A stretch of 52,850 nt of DNA from a virus (IMGVR_UViG_2713896799_000020), one strand, 5' to 3'; shown: positions 38,320 through 47,484, counted from the stretch's first letter. Notes: generated by a model from the letters alone, not told the origin. Translations and numbers: made by a program.

Positions 38320-39890
38320 AGCATAGGCTATTTACCATAACGCCTCATTACGCGCACCGCCCAGACTGACTCAGCGCGTTTCTGGCATATCCCCGGTAAA
38401 ACAAGTAACAAACCACCCGAAAATGAACACCAGAAACGCGACTTAAGAATCTACCCTATGAATGGATATGCACTCAACCGAATCGATCTTGGTTTCAATC
38501 TTTTTTATCGGGATCAGGCTTCTTTTTAGGTAACTTCGGGGGCTTAACTTGCTGATGACTTTGCGTTCGGCGCGTAAGCCAGGGATGGTCAGCTTTAGGT
38601 TTAACATAGTATTTTGAGCGTAAATCAATACGGGCATTATCCACTCGTTCATGGACACTCTTTTCATCATCCAGTGGTATAGGCTCCGGGCCATCAACAT
38701 ACTTTTCCCAGCCCAGCGCTTTCCCGTCATACAGAACGTTAATTTCACCGTCAAAGTTCTCGCATACAGTAACAACCGAATGCCTAAGTCGATATCCCCG
38801 GCCCTCACTGCGTACCTGAAACGCACTGCTTTTGTACTGGAAAGTGAGATTTTTAGACAGAACGCGCTTCGCCTGTAGGCTGAAGATATAACCCAGTTCC
38901 TCTTCAGAATGGTGCACATCAAGATGAGCATTATCAGTAGTACGAGGCGACGTAGCGAACCGGTTGTTATAGGCTTCAATAAAGGTCGGCAACCATGCAT
39001 TTGCTGTTTCAATATCACTGATATTCTGAAGCCGCATTTCTTTGACCAGCCTGTCCTGTAGTGTCTGATTGGCGCGCTCTACCCGCCCTTTTGCCTGCGG
39101 GCTGTTGGCATGGATTGGCTCGATGCCCAGTGTCTTTATCGCACGAGTGAACTGGGTCAGCTCACCTTCCCGCTCTGGGTTATTTACCCTGAATATACTG
39201 TGTCTATCAGAGTAGAGAGCGAGCGGTACGCCATGATCATTAAGGTAACCCCGGAGGGTTTCCATGTAAGCCCGGGTTGTTTCAGCAGGCACAAAACGCA
39301 ACGCCATCAACGCACTGGTGGCATCATCAATGAAAACGATCAGTGTACATCTGGGGCCTCGATTTTCAAACCAGTCATGAGGTGAGCCATCAATCTGGAT
39401 CAGTTCACCGTAAGATGGTCGTCGCATGCGGCGTTGATATATACGGGCAATTTTACGACGGCGTTCACGCCATAACCCCTCTTCTATCATCCACTTTCTG
39501 AGGGTTTCAACGGATAAAGATAAACCGTGTATCTCGCGCAATTTTTCGCACGCAAACGTAGGTCCAAAATCAGCGTAACGGCCTTTGAGGAGTGAAATTA
39601 CTGTTGCTCTGAATTCAGTAGAAAAGGAATTATTAGGACGCTTTCCACGTCGGTGGGAAACCAGACCAGAAGGCCCTTCATTTCTATACCGTTGCACCAG
39701 ACGTTTAACCTGCCGAATAGAAATGCCAATGCGTGCCGCAGCTTGTTCCTGAATAATCTGAAGTCGGTGGAGTTCCTTATGACTCATCGTAACAGTCTCT
39801 TTGATCATGAAAAATCCCCCAGAGAATTGTCTGGGGACATTTTAGAATGGTTCAAAGGGGACATTACAGCTTGGTGTTAACAATAGCCTG
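38320..39890 (-). mobile_element. putative IS481/ISNCY-like insertion element carrying a DDE transposase; boundaries approximate
   Basis: 437-aa rve-type transposase gene; weak terminal inverted repeat GCA(TA)GGCTATT near 38321 and 39880; no clear target duplication identified. Confidence 0.4.
38495..39808 (-). CDS. DDE-type transposase/integrase (rve core) with N-terminal HTH, 437 aa
   Basis: HTH (RIGISIRQVKRLVQRY), candidate DDE triad in IQIDGSPHDW ... LYSDRHSIF ... AKGRVERANQTLQDRL. Confidence 0.8.
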   Translation of the reverse strand: MIKETVTMSHKELHRLQIIQEQAAARIGISIRQVKRLVQRYRNEGPSGLVSHRRGKRPNNSFSTEFRATVISLLKGRYADFGPTFACEKLREIHGLSLSVETLRKWMIEEGLWRERRRKIARIYQRRMRRPSYGELIQIDGSPHDWFENRGPRCTLIVFIDDATSALMALRFVPAETTRAYMETLRGYLNDHGVPLALYSDRHSIFRVNNPEREGELTQFTRAIKTLGIEPIHANSPQAKGRVERANQTLQDRLVKEMRLQNISDIETANAWLPTFIEAYNNRFATSPRTTDNAHLDVHHSEEELGYIFSLQAKRVLSKNLTFQYKSSAFQVRSEGRGYRLRHSVVTVCENFDGEINVLYDGKALGWEKYVDGPEPIPLDDEKSVHERVDNARIDLRSKYYVKPKADHPWLTRRTQSHQQVKPPKLPKKKPDPDKKD

Positions 39891-40142
39891 CTTCTCCGTG
39901 CCTTTCGGCACGTAAGAGGCTAACCTACATGTGTCTAGCATGAAATTGGCCTCAGATTAATGTTAAGCGTCTTGCAGGACGCGTAATGTTAACTGGGGCT
40001 TTTCTCTATCTGCCGTTGGTGTCCATGCCCGAGGCAGATAGCCTCAAGCACCCGCAGTCATTCTACTTAACTAAGATTTCCCCGCAAACCGTTTTTGTCC
40101 AGCACAGTAAATATCCAACTAAACCAATGGAGTTCGCTGTAT

Positions 40143-40322
40143 TTACCGCCAGTATTCAATGCACATGACCGCCATGAACACCCCTAAAAAAAGGGCATTT
40201 ATATATCCAAATATTAATATCAAAACATCAACTTTTTCCATATACCTTGCTGTGAAGATGATGGGCATACATGATGCGAACAACCAGAACGCAACAAACA
40301 AAAACTGCAATGCGTTTTTCAT
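40143..40322 (-). CDS. small two-TM membrane protein, 59 aa (MKNALQFLFVAFWLFASCMPIIFTARYMEKVDVLILIFGYINALFLGVFMAVMCIEYWR)
   Basis: ATG preceded by AGGAGG at optimal spacing; AT-rich; track ORF extends to 40361. Confidence 0.5.
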   Translation of the reverse strand: MKNALQFLFVAFWLFASCMPIIFTARYMEKVDVLILIFGYINALFLGVFMAVMCIEYWR

Positions 40323-40559
40323 TATTCCTCCTACAATCAATGTGCAATTACATTTAAACACACCTCAATTTGGCCGGACATATAAATATCTAAACCAGAA
40401 AAAATCACTTACATAGCGTTACAAACTCTTTAGTCTAAAGGTTCATCGTAAAACATTCCCCATACTTATCAGTCCGTTCCGCGCCAGGTAGCTCATTGCC
40501 TTATCTGGCAACCTGTAATCAGGTTTCCGCTTTTTCAGTTGGCTGGTCGTTTAACCGAC

Positions 40560-40900
40560 ATAGTTAATCCATTAATCTAGTTGCCGGATGTTGGTGGATT
40601 TTCGCGTTTTAGTTGTTCATAAAAGTGCACAGCTTTAACCAGTTCTTCTGATGTAACTGGGACTGGTGAGGCAGTGAATAAGGCCTGAATTTGATAGTTC
40701 GGCCTGTCGTTACAATCCTCTTTTTTCGGTACATATTTCCAGTCACCAGACCACTACTTCCCCTGAAAGTCCGTAACGCCTTTTTTCACGTAGCGATATC
40801 GCCATGCCACTGGTTTTGCTTGCCCCGCCGTTTCATGCCCTTCCTGATAATTAATCTCGCTCATTCATCGCCCCACTCATCACAATATGCTTCGACCGGA
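40560..40900 (-). pseudogene. frameshifted remnant of a phage gene (MSEINYQEGHETAGQAKPVAWRYRYVKKGVTDFQGK / ...DWKYVPKKEDCNDRPNYQIQALFTASPVPVTSEELVKAVHFYEQLKRENPPTSGN)
   Basis: two consecutive open segments in different frames on the minus strand; hand-translated; coordinates approximate. Confidence 0.3.
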
Positions 40901-41208
40901 GTTTTTCCCGCTTCATAGTCATCACGCTAGGATTCGACATCAGCAGCACTTCCACCGCGTAACTCACCATAGTCCATTAATAGTTCATCCCGCTCTTCAA
41001 AACTGATGTTATATTTAGCTGAACAAAAATCAGCCACTTTGTTCTTCCTCATCGTCTTTTATTTCGTGGTATGAGTAATTGCAGTAGTTAAAGAAAATTT
41101 CTTATGCTCCGTCATGAATTTCCGTAAGCGTAAACTGACCGCCGTATGTAGCCATCAGACGAGAATTGGTAACTTAGACGCCCATCTGATATAGACGGAC
41201 ATCTAAGT

Positions 41209-41634
41209 ATGGAATTACAGGACTGGCGAAAAGAACCTCGTAAAAACTATTCGAATGAATTCAAACTTCGTATGGTGGAACTGGCATCACAACCTGGAGC
41301 TTGTGTTGCACAGATTGCACGTGAAAATGGCGTCAATGATAATGTTATTTTCAAATGGCTCAGGCTCTGGCAGAACGAAGGGCGTGTTTCGCGGCGTCTT
41401 CCGGTAACGACCTCTTCTGACACTGGCGTTGAATTATTACCTGTAGAAATAACGCCGGATGAGCAGAAAGAACCTGTGGCGGCCATTGCGCCGTCTTTAT
41501 CCACTTCCACTCAGACCAGAGTCAGTGCCAGTTCCTGCAAGGTGGAATTCCGTCACGGTAACATGACGCTGGAAAATCCATCGCCAGAGCTGCTCACAGT
41601 GTTGATCCGTGAACTGACCGGGAGGGGAAGATGA
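41209..41634 (+). CDS. tnpA: IS66-family accessory protein TnpA (OrfA)
   Basis: 141-aa ORF MELQDWRKEPRKNYSNEFKLRMVELASQPGACVAQIARENG (HTH). Confidence 0.85.
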   Translation: MELQDWRKEPRKNYSNEFKLRMVELASQPGACVAQIARENGVNDNVIFKWLRLWQNEGRVSRRLPVTTSSDTGVELLPVEITPDEQKEPVAAIAPSLSTSTQTRVSASSCKVEFRHGNMTLENPSPELLTVLIRELTGRGR

Positions 41635-41981
41635 TCTCACTCCCATCAGGTACCCGTATCTGGCTCGTTGCCGGCGTTACCGATATGCGTAAATCCTTCA
41701 ACGGACTGGGAGAACAGGTACAACATGTGCTGAATGATAATCCCTTCTCCGGTCACCTGTTTATCTTCCGTGGCCGACGGGGTGACACCGTCAAAATTCT
41801 TTGGGCTGATGCTGATGGTCTGTGCCTGTTCACCAAACGCCTGGAGGAAGGCCAGTTTATCTGGCCTGCGGTACGTGACGGCAAGGTATCCATTACCCGC
41901 TCGCAACTGGCAATGCTCCTCGATAAGCTGGACTGGCGTCAGCCAAAAACATCCAGCCGTAACTCACTGACAATGTTGTAA
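41631..41981 (+). CDS. tnpB: IS66-family accessory protein TnpB (OrfB)
   Basis: 116-aa ORF MISLPSGTRIWLVAGVTDMRKSFNGL...; overlaps tnpA stop. Confidence 0.85.
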   Translation: MISLPSGTRIWLVAGVTDMRKSFNGLGEQVQHVLNDNPFSGHLFIFRGRRGDTVKILWADADGLCLFTKRLEEGQFIWPAVRDGKVSITRSQLAMLLDKLDWRQPKTSSRNSLTML

Positions 41982-42011
41982 AAAACTCCTGACCGCATTA
42001 TAAAAACGGTC

Positions 42012-43625
42012 ATGAGTCAGAAATACCTCATTCGCATCGCAGAGCTGGAAAGGTTGCTCTCTGAGCAGGCTGAAGCCCTCCGTCAGAAAGACCAGCAACT
42101 GAGTCTGGTTGAAGAGACGGAAGCCTTCCTGCGCTCTGCACTGACACGTGCCGAAGAAAAGATCGAAGAAGATGAACGGGAAATAGAACATCTGCGGGCT
42201 CAGATAGAAAAACTGCGCCGGATGCTGTTCGGTACCCGTTCTGAAAAACTGCGTCGTGAAGTTGAACTGGCTGAGGCTCTGCTGAAACAACGTGAACAGG
42301 ACAGCGATCGTTACAGTGGGCGGGAAGACGATCCTCAGGTTCCCCGCCAGTTGCGACAGTCGCGCCATCGTCGTCCGTTACCGGCACACCTTCCCCGTGA
42401 AATACACCGCCTGGAGCCAGAAGAAAGCTGTTGCCCGGAGTGTGGCGGTGAGCTGGATTATCTGGGGGAAGTCAGCGCTGAACAGCTGGAACTGGTGAGC
42501 AGTGCCCTGAAAGTGATCCGCACAGAACGGGTAAAAAAAGCCTGTACAAAATGTGACTGTATTGTTGAAGCACCGGCGCCGTCCCGCCCGGTAGAGCGTG
42601 GTATCGCGGGCCCCGGATTACTTGCCCGCGTGTTAACGGGAAAATACTGCGAACATCTGCCACTGTATCGTCAGAGTGAAATCTTTGCCCGCCAGGGTGT
42701 CGAACTGAGCCGGGCCTTACTCTCCAACTGGGTTGACGCGTGCTGCCAGTTAATGACACCGGTGAATGATGCCCTGTACCGTTATGTAATGAACACCCGC
42801 AAGGTTCACACTGATGACACACCGGTAAAGGTACTGGCACCGGGTCAGAAAAAGGCGAAAACAGGGCGTATCTGGACGTATGTCCGGGATGATCGCAATG
42901 TGGGTTCGTCATCTCCTCCAGCGGTCTGGTTCGCGTACTCGCCGAACCGGCAGGGGAAACACCCGGAGCAACACCTCCGCCCCTTCCGGGGTATCCTGCA
43001 GGCGGATGCGTTCACAGGTTACGACAGGTTGTTCAGTGCAGAACGTGAAGGTGGTGCACTGACAGAAGTTGCGTGCTGGGCCCATGCCCGGCGAAAAATC
43101 CACGATGTATACATCAGCAGCAAAAGTGCGACGGCAGAAGAAGCCCTGAAGCGAATCAGTGAACTGTACGCCATCGAGGATGAAATACGGGGATTACCGG
43201 AGTCAGAGCGTCTTGCCGTCAGGCAGCAGCGAAGCAAAGTGTTACTGACGTCGCTGCATGAATGGATGGTGGAGAAGAATGGTACGCTGTCGAAAAAATC
43301 CAGACTGGGCGAAGCGTTCAGCTATGTACTGAATCAGTGGGATGCCCTCTGTTATTACAGTGATGACGGTCTGGCGGAGGCGGATAATAATGCTGCGGAA
43401 AGAGCGCTTCGTGCAGTCTGTCTCGGAAAGAAAAACTTTATGTTCTTTGGCAGCGATCACGGCGGCGAGCGTGGAGCACTGTTGTACGGGCTGATCGGCA
43501 CCTGCCGTCTGAACGGTATCGATCCGGAAGCGTATCTGCGCCATATCCTGAGCGTACTGCCGGAATGGCCTTCCAACCGAGTTGATGAACTCCTGCCATG
43601 GAACGTAGTACTCACCAATAAATAA
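42012..43625 (+). CDS. tnpC: IS66-family transposase TnpC (OrfC), 537 aa
   Basis: N-terminal coiled coil, CxxC zinc motifs (CCPECGG ... CTKCDC), DDE core. Confidence 0.9.
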   Translation: MSQKYLIRIAELERLLSEQAEALRQKDQQLSLVEETEAFLRSALTRAEEKIEEDEREIEHLRAQIEKLRRMLFGTRSEKLRREVELAEALLKQREQDSDRYSGREDDPQVPRQLRQSRHRRPLPAHLPREIHRLEPEESCCPECGGELDYLGEVSAEQLELVSSALKVIRTERVKKACTKCDCIVEAPAPSRPVERGIAGPGLLARVLTGKYCEHLPLYRQSEIFARQGVELSRALLSNWVDACCQLMTPVNDALYRYVMNTRKVHTDDTPVKVLAPGQKKAKTGRIWTYVRDDRNVGSSSPPAVWFAYSPNRQGKHPEQHLRPFRGILQADAFTGYDRLFSAEREGGALTEVACWAHARRKIHDVYISSKSATAEEALKRISELYAIEDEIRGLPESERLAVRQQRSKVLLTSLHEWMVEKNGTLSKKSRLGEAFSYVLNQWDALCYYSDDGLAEADNNAAERALRAVCLGKKNFMFFGSDHGGERGALLYGLIGTCRLNGIDPEAYLRHILSVLPEWPSNRVDELLPWNVVLTNK

Positions 43626-44014
43626 GCGTCAATACGGTGCTCCGTTGACGCTTACGAATTTCCTCAGGTGTTGCGTCATCGTCCACTTCGAATACATCCT
43701 CAAAATCTCCACCAGCTATTCCCGTTTCAATAATAATTTTGAACTTTCGCATTTCACTACCGCCCTTTCGGGCGGCCTCCTGATGTTCTGAGGGTGCAGA
43801 AATCCATCCGGTTAAGGATTAAATTTTATTTACAGAACTGAATTTAATTATTCAGATATACGTATCTGTAGCCTTACGAATCTACTCACTGGATGCCTCT
43901 TTCATAAAAATAATCCAGTGGGTTTTATCGTTTTTTCCCTGTTCGTTGACAGATAACAGGTTTTCTGTCTGTCAGTGCCAGAATCTGGCTTACCGGTATT
44001 TGCGTTTCATTCCA

Positions 44015-44371
44015 TTAAAAAATCAGAACGCCGTGCGGCCTCAACACCCGAAAGGCTTCTTTAAATCTCTGTCGCGAATCATCACGCCAGGCATCTTTAT
44101 TCAGCCGTCCATATTTCTTTCCCATCCAGGCGTTATCACCAACACTCTCAAGATGCGGAGGGTCTAATACAACCATCGAAAAAGATGCGTCTGCAAATGA
44201 TAATGCACGAAAATCTGCGATAATGTCAGGGCTGATAATCAAGCGTCTCCCATTGCGTAATGTGTATCCTTCTTTTCTGATATCGCTGAATATCGCCCGT
44301 TCGTCAGACTTATCGAACCAGAACATGCGGCTGCCACAGCACATATCAAGAATGGTTGCCGGTGCACTCAC
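44015..44371 (-). CDS. short SAM-dependent methyltransferase-like protein (118 aa), possibly C-terminally truncated
   Basis: SAM-binding motif ILDMCCGSR and DPPH (DPPY-like) motif; GTG start overlaps the stop of the upstream gene; too short for a complete MTase fold. Confidence 0.5.
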   Translation of the reverse strand: MSAPATILDMCCGSRMFWFDKSDERAIFSDIRKEGYTLRNGRRLIISPDIIADFRALSFADASFSMVVLDPPHLESVGDNAWMGKKYGRLNKDAWRDDSRQRFKEAFRVLRPHGVLIF

Positions 44372-44790
44372 TGCGCCACGTCCTGAAAATTACCCTGATA
44401 GAAAGCCAGTATGCGCTGCATAACTTCGCTCTTCCGGCACTCGCGACAGATTATGTTTAGGCGACTGTCGTAGCGACGTATTTCTCCGTCAGGTGATGAC
44501 CAGATAAGGTCCGGATCAACCACAGCAGGTTTCTTCACCTTTGCCCTCGAGAGTTTTTTGCGGGCGTTTTGCCAGTCCTTACGCGCCTGTTCAGAGGGGA
44601 ATAACCCGTAGCCGGAGTTGTATACATCGCCACTGGCTACCAGCTCTCTGGCAAGAACGCTCATCAGATATCTAGTCGCACCTGTTTTAGCTTCCAGTTG
44701 CCGTAACGTCTCACGGCCGCTCTGGCGCACGAGTTCCACCACCTGCCATTTAATTTTTTCCCGCTCTTCTTGTGTAAAAACTTTTGCCAC
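44368..44790 (-). CDS. hypothetical 140-aa protein with predicted winged-helix DNA-binding region
   Basis: track ORF; N-terminal region ...LRQLEAKTGATRYLMSVLARELVASGDV resembles a wHTH; C-terminal CRECRK motif. Confidence 0.5.
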   Translation of the reverse strand: MAKVFTQEEREKIKWQVVELVRQSGRETLRQLEAKTGATRYLMSVLARELVASGDVYNSGYGLFPSEQARKDWQNARKKLSRAKVKKPAVVDPDLIWSSPDGEIRRYDSRLNIICRECRKSEVMQRILAFYQGNFQDVAQ

Positions 44791-44830
44791 AAGTCCCCCT
44801 TAAAATTACCTCATGACCTGAAATCAACAC

Positions 44831-45850
44831 TTATCCTCTGAAACCAGGCGGAATTTCTGTATCCGGTTCAGAAATATGATTAACACAACGCTGTACAGGT
44901 GAACGTCCCAGGCGGATGACCAGTTCGTCCCATTTTTCGCGGAGCTTTGACGGGCTCATGATGTTTTTTACCCAGAATGGATCTCGCTGAACCCGACCAA
45001 ACATTTCGCAAATTTGTCTGTGGCTTCTGCCATCCAGCATCCGCATTGTGCGCACGTCATTGGCCCAGGCAGTCCAGTTAGGCTCTTTTGGTCGCATGAT
45101 CTCGCCATCATCACTGGCTGCCTGTTCGTAGAGACCCACGATCCGCCCCCAGATCCACTGCGCACACGCCAAATCCTCCCTGCTACCCCACTGGCGTTTT
45201 TTCGCACTAAACACAACCGCGTCGGAGTTCCGGGTTAAAAAATCCTGTTCAGTCGTCTGCGGGTCCGGTTGCGAAGCTTCCGGACGAAAAGTGTTTTTAT
45301 TCTCTGTAGTAATCTCTGTTGTATTCTCTGTAAGATCATCAGGCCATTTTGACCCGATGACATTGGGTCGTTTTGAACCAATGGAGCGTTTCATTTTGAC
45401 CTCTTCCATCGTGTCATTTTGACCTGATGGAGCGGCGCATTTTGAACCGATGGATTCGCTCAATTTGCCACCATCTAAAAGCTCGCTCCCATAGTTGATC
45501 GTGTAGAAATTGGTCATATCGCGCTTTGATTTATTGAGCTTTTCACAACGCAAAAGCCCCAGCGTTTTCAGACTTGCAAACGCGCGCTTTAACGTTGACT
45601 CTGACCAGAATGGGAACTGTTCCAGCCATTGTTCCGTTGTGTTATAAATCCAGCGAACACCATCACATTCCATGCCGGAGTTGGTATCTCTCAACCAGTA
45701 GTGCAGTTGTTGCAAAACAATGGCTTCGTTTAAGCCAATTTTCATTGCCAGCTGCGTGTTTATAACCAGTGGGCGTTCAGCAAAAAGAAGGCTCATAATT
45801 CCATCCAGCTTTTTGTTGGTATTGCTGTCGATACGCAAGTTTGAAAGCAA
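44831..45850 (-). CDS. phage replication initiator / replisome-organiser-like protein; start may be the internal Met (MSLLFAERP...)
   Basis: 339-aa ORF downstream of the cro-like dicC; internal DNA iterons and the peptide repeat SIGSK they encode, as in lambda O. Confidence 0.65.
   Translation of the reverse strand: MLSNLRIDSNTNKKLDGIMSLLFAERPLVINTQLAMKIGLNEAIVLQQLHYWLRDTNSGMECDGVRWIYNTTEQWLEQFPFWSESTLKRAFASLKTLGLLRCEKLNKSKRDMTNFYTINYGSELLDGGKLSESIGSKCAAPSGQNDTMEEVKMKRSIGSKRPNVIGSKWPDDLTENTTEITTENKNTFRPEASQPDPQTTEQDFLTRNSDAVVFSAKKRQWGSREDLACAQWIWGRIVGLYEQAASDDGEIMRPKEPNWTAWANDVRTMRMLDGRSHRQICEMFGRVQRDPFWVKNIMSPSKLREKWDELVIRLGRSPVQRCVNHISEPDTEIPPGFRG
45290..45480. repeat. iteron array (at least 5 copies of ~TTTTGA(A/C)C(C/T)(G/A)ATGGA) inside the replication gene: candidate phage origin
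   Basis: direct repeats read in sequence: ttttgacccgatga, ttttgaaccaatgga, ttttgacctgatgga, ttttgaaccgatgga; coordinates approximate. Confidence 0.6.
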
Positions 45851-46298
45851 TTGCTTTTTCTATAAGTTCGTCAGTTTCACGATCCACTACGGCAGGATCA
45901 GCAAAAAGCAGTCCGGACTCCACCACATCGCCATATTCTTTGTTTAACCCGGCGATCATGCACGTGATGCTTTTTCCGTCAGTAATTTCACGATACAACC
46001 TGAAATCATTAATCCGGATAGCCTCCATAATTGCAGGCACTAGCGCCGTGAACTTTTCACGCTTATCCCTGGTGTCGATAGACTTCCAGCGTTCAAATAT
46101 CTTCACTCGATTAACGCCAAGCGCTCGCTGATCAATCGCGCCACCTTCATATGTGACACGCTGAACATCGATGTTCGGGCGCTCTTTCAAAGCCCAGAAT
46201 GCTTCAGTGATTAATATCGTCGCCTGCTCCTGTGTCATTCCTGGTCGACATATCCAGGCATCCAGAGCCTCACGAGCCTGTTCAGGAGTGATTTTCAT
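45777..46298 (-). CDS. hypothetical 173-aa early protein between dicC and the replication gene
   Basis: track ORF; no recognisable motifs. Confidence 0.45.
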   Translation of the reverse strand: MKITPEQAREALDAWICRPGMTQEQATILITEAFWALKERPNIDVQRVTYEGGAIDQRALGVNRVKIFERWKSIDTRDKREKFTALVPAIMEAIRINDFRLYREITDGKSITCMIAGLNKEYGDVVESGLLFADPAVVDRETDELIEKAIAFKLAYRQQYQQKAGWNYEPSFC

Positions 46299-46512
46299 TG
46301 TTCAACCGCCCCGCCCGCTTCGTCTTACGATATTCATCATAAACTTTGGGATCATACTGAAGCTCCCCGCCAGATGCCTCCTGTAGACGCATCGCGCGAC
46401 CTTCGGGAACTAAATCCCCTTTCCAGCTATAAAGCGAAGCCAAACGAATACCTGCTGCTTGTGCAAGTTTTGTTTTTGAACCGAAATACAAAAGAGCGTC
46501 AGTTTTAAGCAT
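46282..46512 (-). CDS. dicC: DicC, Cro-like repressor (76 aa)
   Basis: MLKTDALLYFGSKTKLAQAAGIRLASLYSWKGDLVPEGRAMRLQEASGGELQYDPKVYDEYRK; divergent from dicA. Confidence 0.85.
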   Translation of the reverse strand: MLKTDALLYFGSKTKLAQAAGIRLASLYSWKGDLVPEGRAMRLQEASGGELQYDPKVYDEYRKTKRAGRLNNENHS

Positions 46513-46595
46513 TTAAAACACCTTTATTGTTAGTCATAACTAACAAGATAGATGTTAACAAAAACATAGTCAATACGATTTAGCATTAGCTAACT

Positions 46596-47003
46596 ATGGA
46601 AACAAAAAATTTAACTATCGGCGAACGCATCAGGTATCGTCGGAAAAACCTCAAACACACCCAAAGGTCTCTTGCTAAAGCCCTGAAAATCTCCCATGTG
46701 TCTGTATCACAATGGGAACGGGGTGATAGTGAACCTACAGGGAAGAACCTTTTTGCCCTCAGCAAAGTATTGCAATGCTCACCAACATGGATTCTATTTG
46801 GCGATGAAGACAAGCAACCAACACCACCTGTTGAGAAGCCAGTTGCCTTATCCCCCAAAGAACTAGAGCTCCTTGAGCTGTTTAATGCACTGCCAGAATC
46901 AGAACAGGATACCCAGCTCGCCGAAATGCGAGCTCGAGTAAAAAACTTCAATAAACTCTTTGAAGAATTACTAAAAGCCCGTCAGCGGACAAATAAAAGA
47001 TAA
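46596..47003 (+). CDS. dicA: DicA, HTH-XRE repressor of the dicB operon (135 aa)
   Basis: METKNLTIGERIRYRRKNLKHTQRSLAKALKISHVSVSQWERGDSEPTGKNLFALSKVLQ. Confidence 0.9.
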   Translation: METKNLTIGERIRYRRKNLKHTQRSLAKALKISHVSVSQWERGDSEPTGKNLFALSKVLQCSPTWILFGDEDKQPTPPVEKPVALSPKELELLELFNALPESEQDTQLAEMRARVKNFNKLFEELLKARQRTNKR

Positions 47004-47169
47004 CATCATCAATGAGTTATCTTTTACCACATCAATTATGTTAGCTATAGCATACAAAATCACTTGACCGATATGTTAGTCATGGCTAATCTTGTTTGCA
47101 TCAACACACCGCACGGTGTTCTCAGCAAACAGTTCCGCTACCCCAGCGTTAAGGGGAAATGAGGTCAGC

Positions 47170-47325
47170 ATGGATACTATCGATCTTGGCAACAACGAAT
47201 CTCTGGTGTACGGCGTGTTTCCAAACCAGGACGGCACGTTCACCGCAATGACGTATACCAAAAGCAAAACGTTTAAAACCGAAAATGGTGCCCGTCGCTG
47301 GCTGGAAAGAAACTCAGGTGAGTGA
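47170..47325 (+). CDS. ydfA: YdfA (51 aa)
   Basis: internal start MDTIDLGNNESLVYGVFPNQDGTFTAMTYTKSKTFKTENGARRWLERNSGE of track ORF 47092..47325. Confidence 0.75.
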   Translation: MDTIDLGNNESLVYGVFPNQDGTFTAMTYTKSKTFKTENGARRWLERNSGE

Positions 47326-47326
47326 T

Positions 47327-47455
47327 ATGGATTTCGACACAATCATGGAAAAGGCTTACGAAGAATACTTCGAAGGCCTTGCCGAAGGCGAAGAAGCTCT
47401 CAGCTTCAGTGAGTTTAAACAGGCGCTTTCCAGTTCGGCAAAATCTAACGGCTGA
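47327..47455 (+). CDS. ydfB: YdfB (42 aa)
   Basis: hand-translated MDFDTIMEKAYEEYFEGLAEGEEALSFSEFKQALSSSAKSNG starting 2 nt after the ydfA stop; +/-2 bp. Confidence 0.65.
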   Translation: MDFDTIMEKAYEEYFEGLAEGEEALSFSEFKQALSSSAKSNG

Positions 47456-47484
47456 TAAGCGAAACAGCACCGCGAGGAATCAGT

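Larger units (their letters stand above)
41124..43655 (+). mobile_element. IS66-family insertion sequence (~2.53 kb) with 8-bp target duplication GAATTTCC
   Basis: three-gene tnpA-tnpB-tnpC layout; terminal inverted repeats beginning GTAAGCGT; identical GAATTTCC octamers flank both ends; left end +/-1 bp. Confidence 0.85.

Noticed and set aside
38262-39868. GGGGACA-containing direct repeats on both sides of the DDE transposase gene as possible element ends or att sites
   Set aside because: They are direct, not inverted, are short, and the left copy is part of a hairpin; more likely coincidental
45290-45480. Short direct repeats resembling a possible CRISPR-like array
   Set aside because: Repeats are ~15 bp, lie inside a coding region, encode a repeated peptide and lack spacers; they are replication-origin iterons
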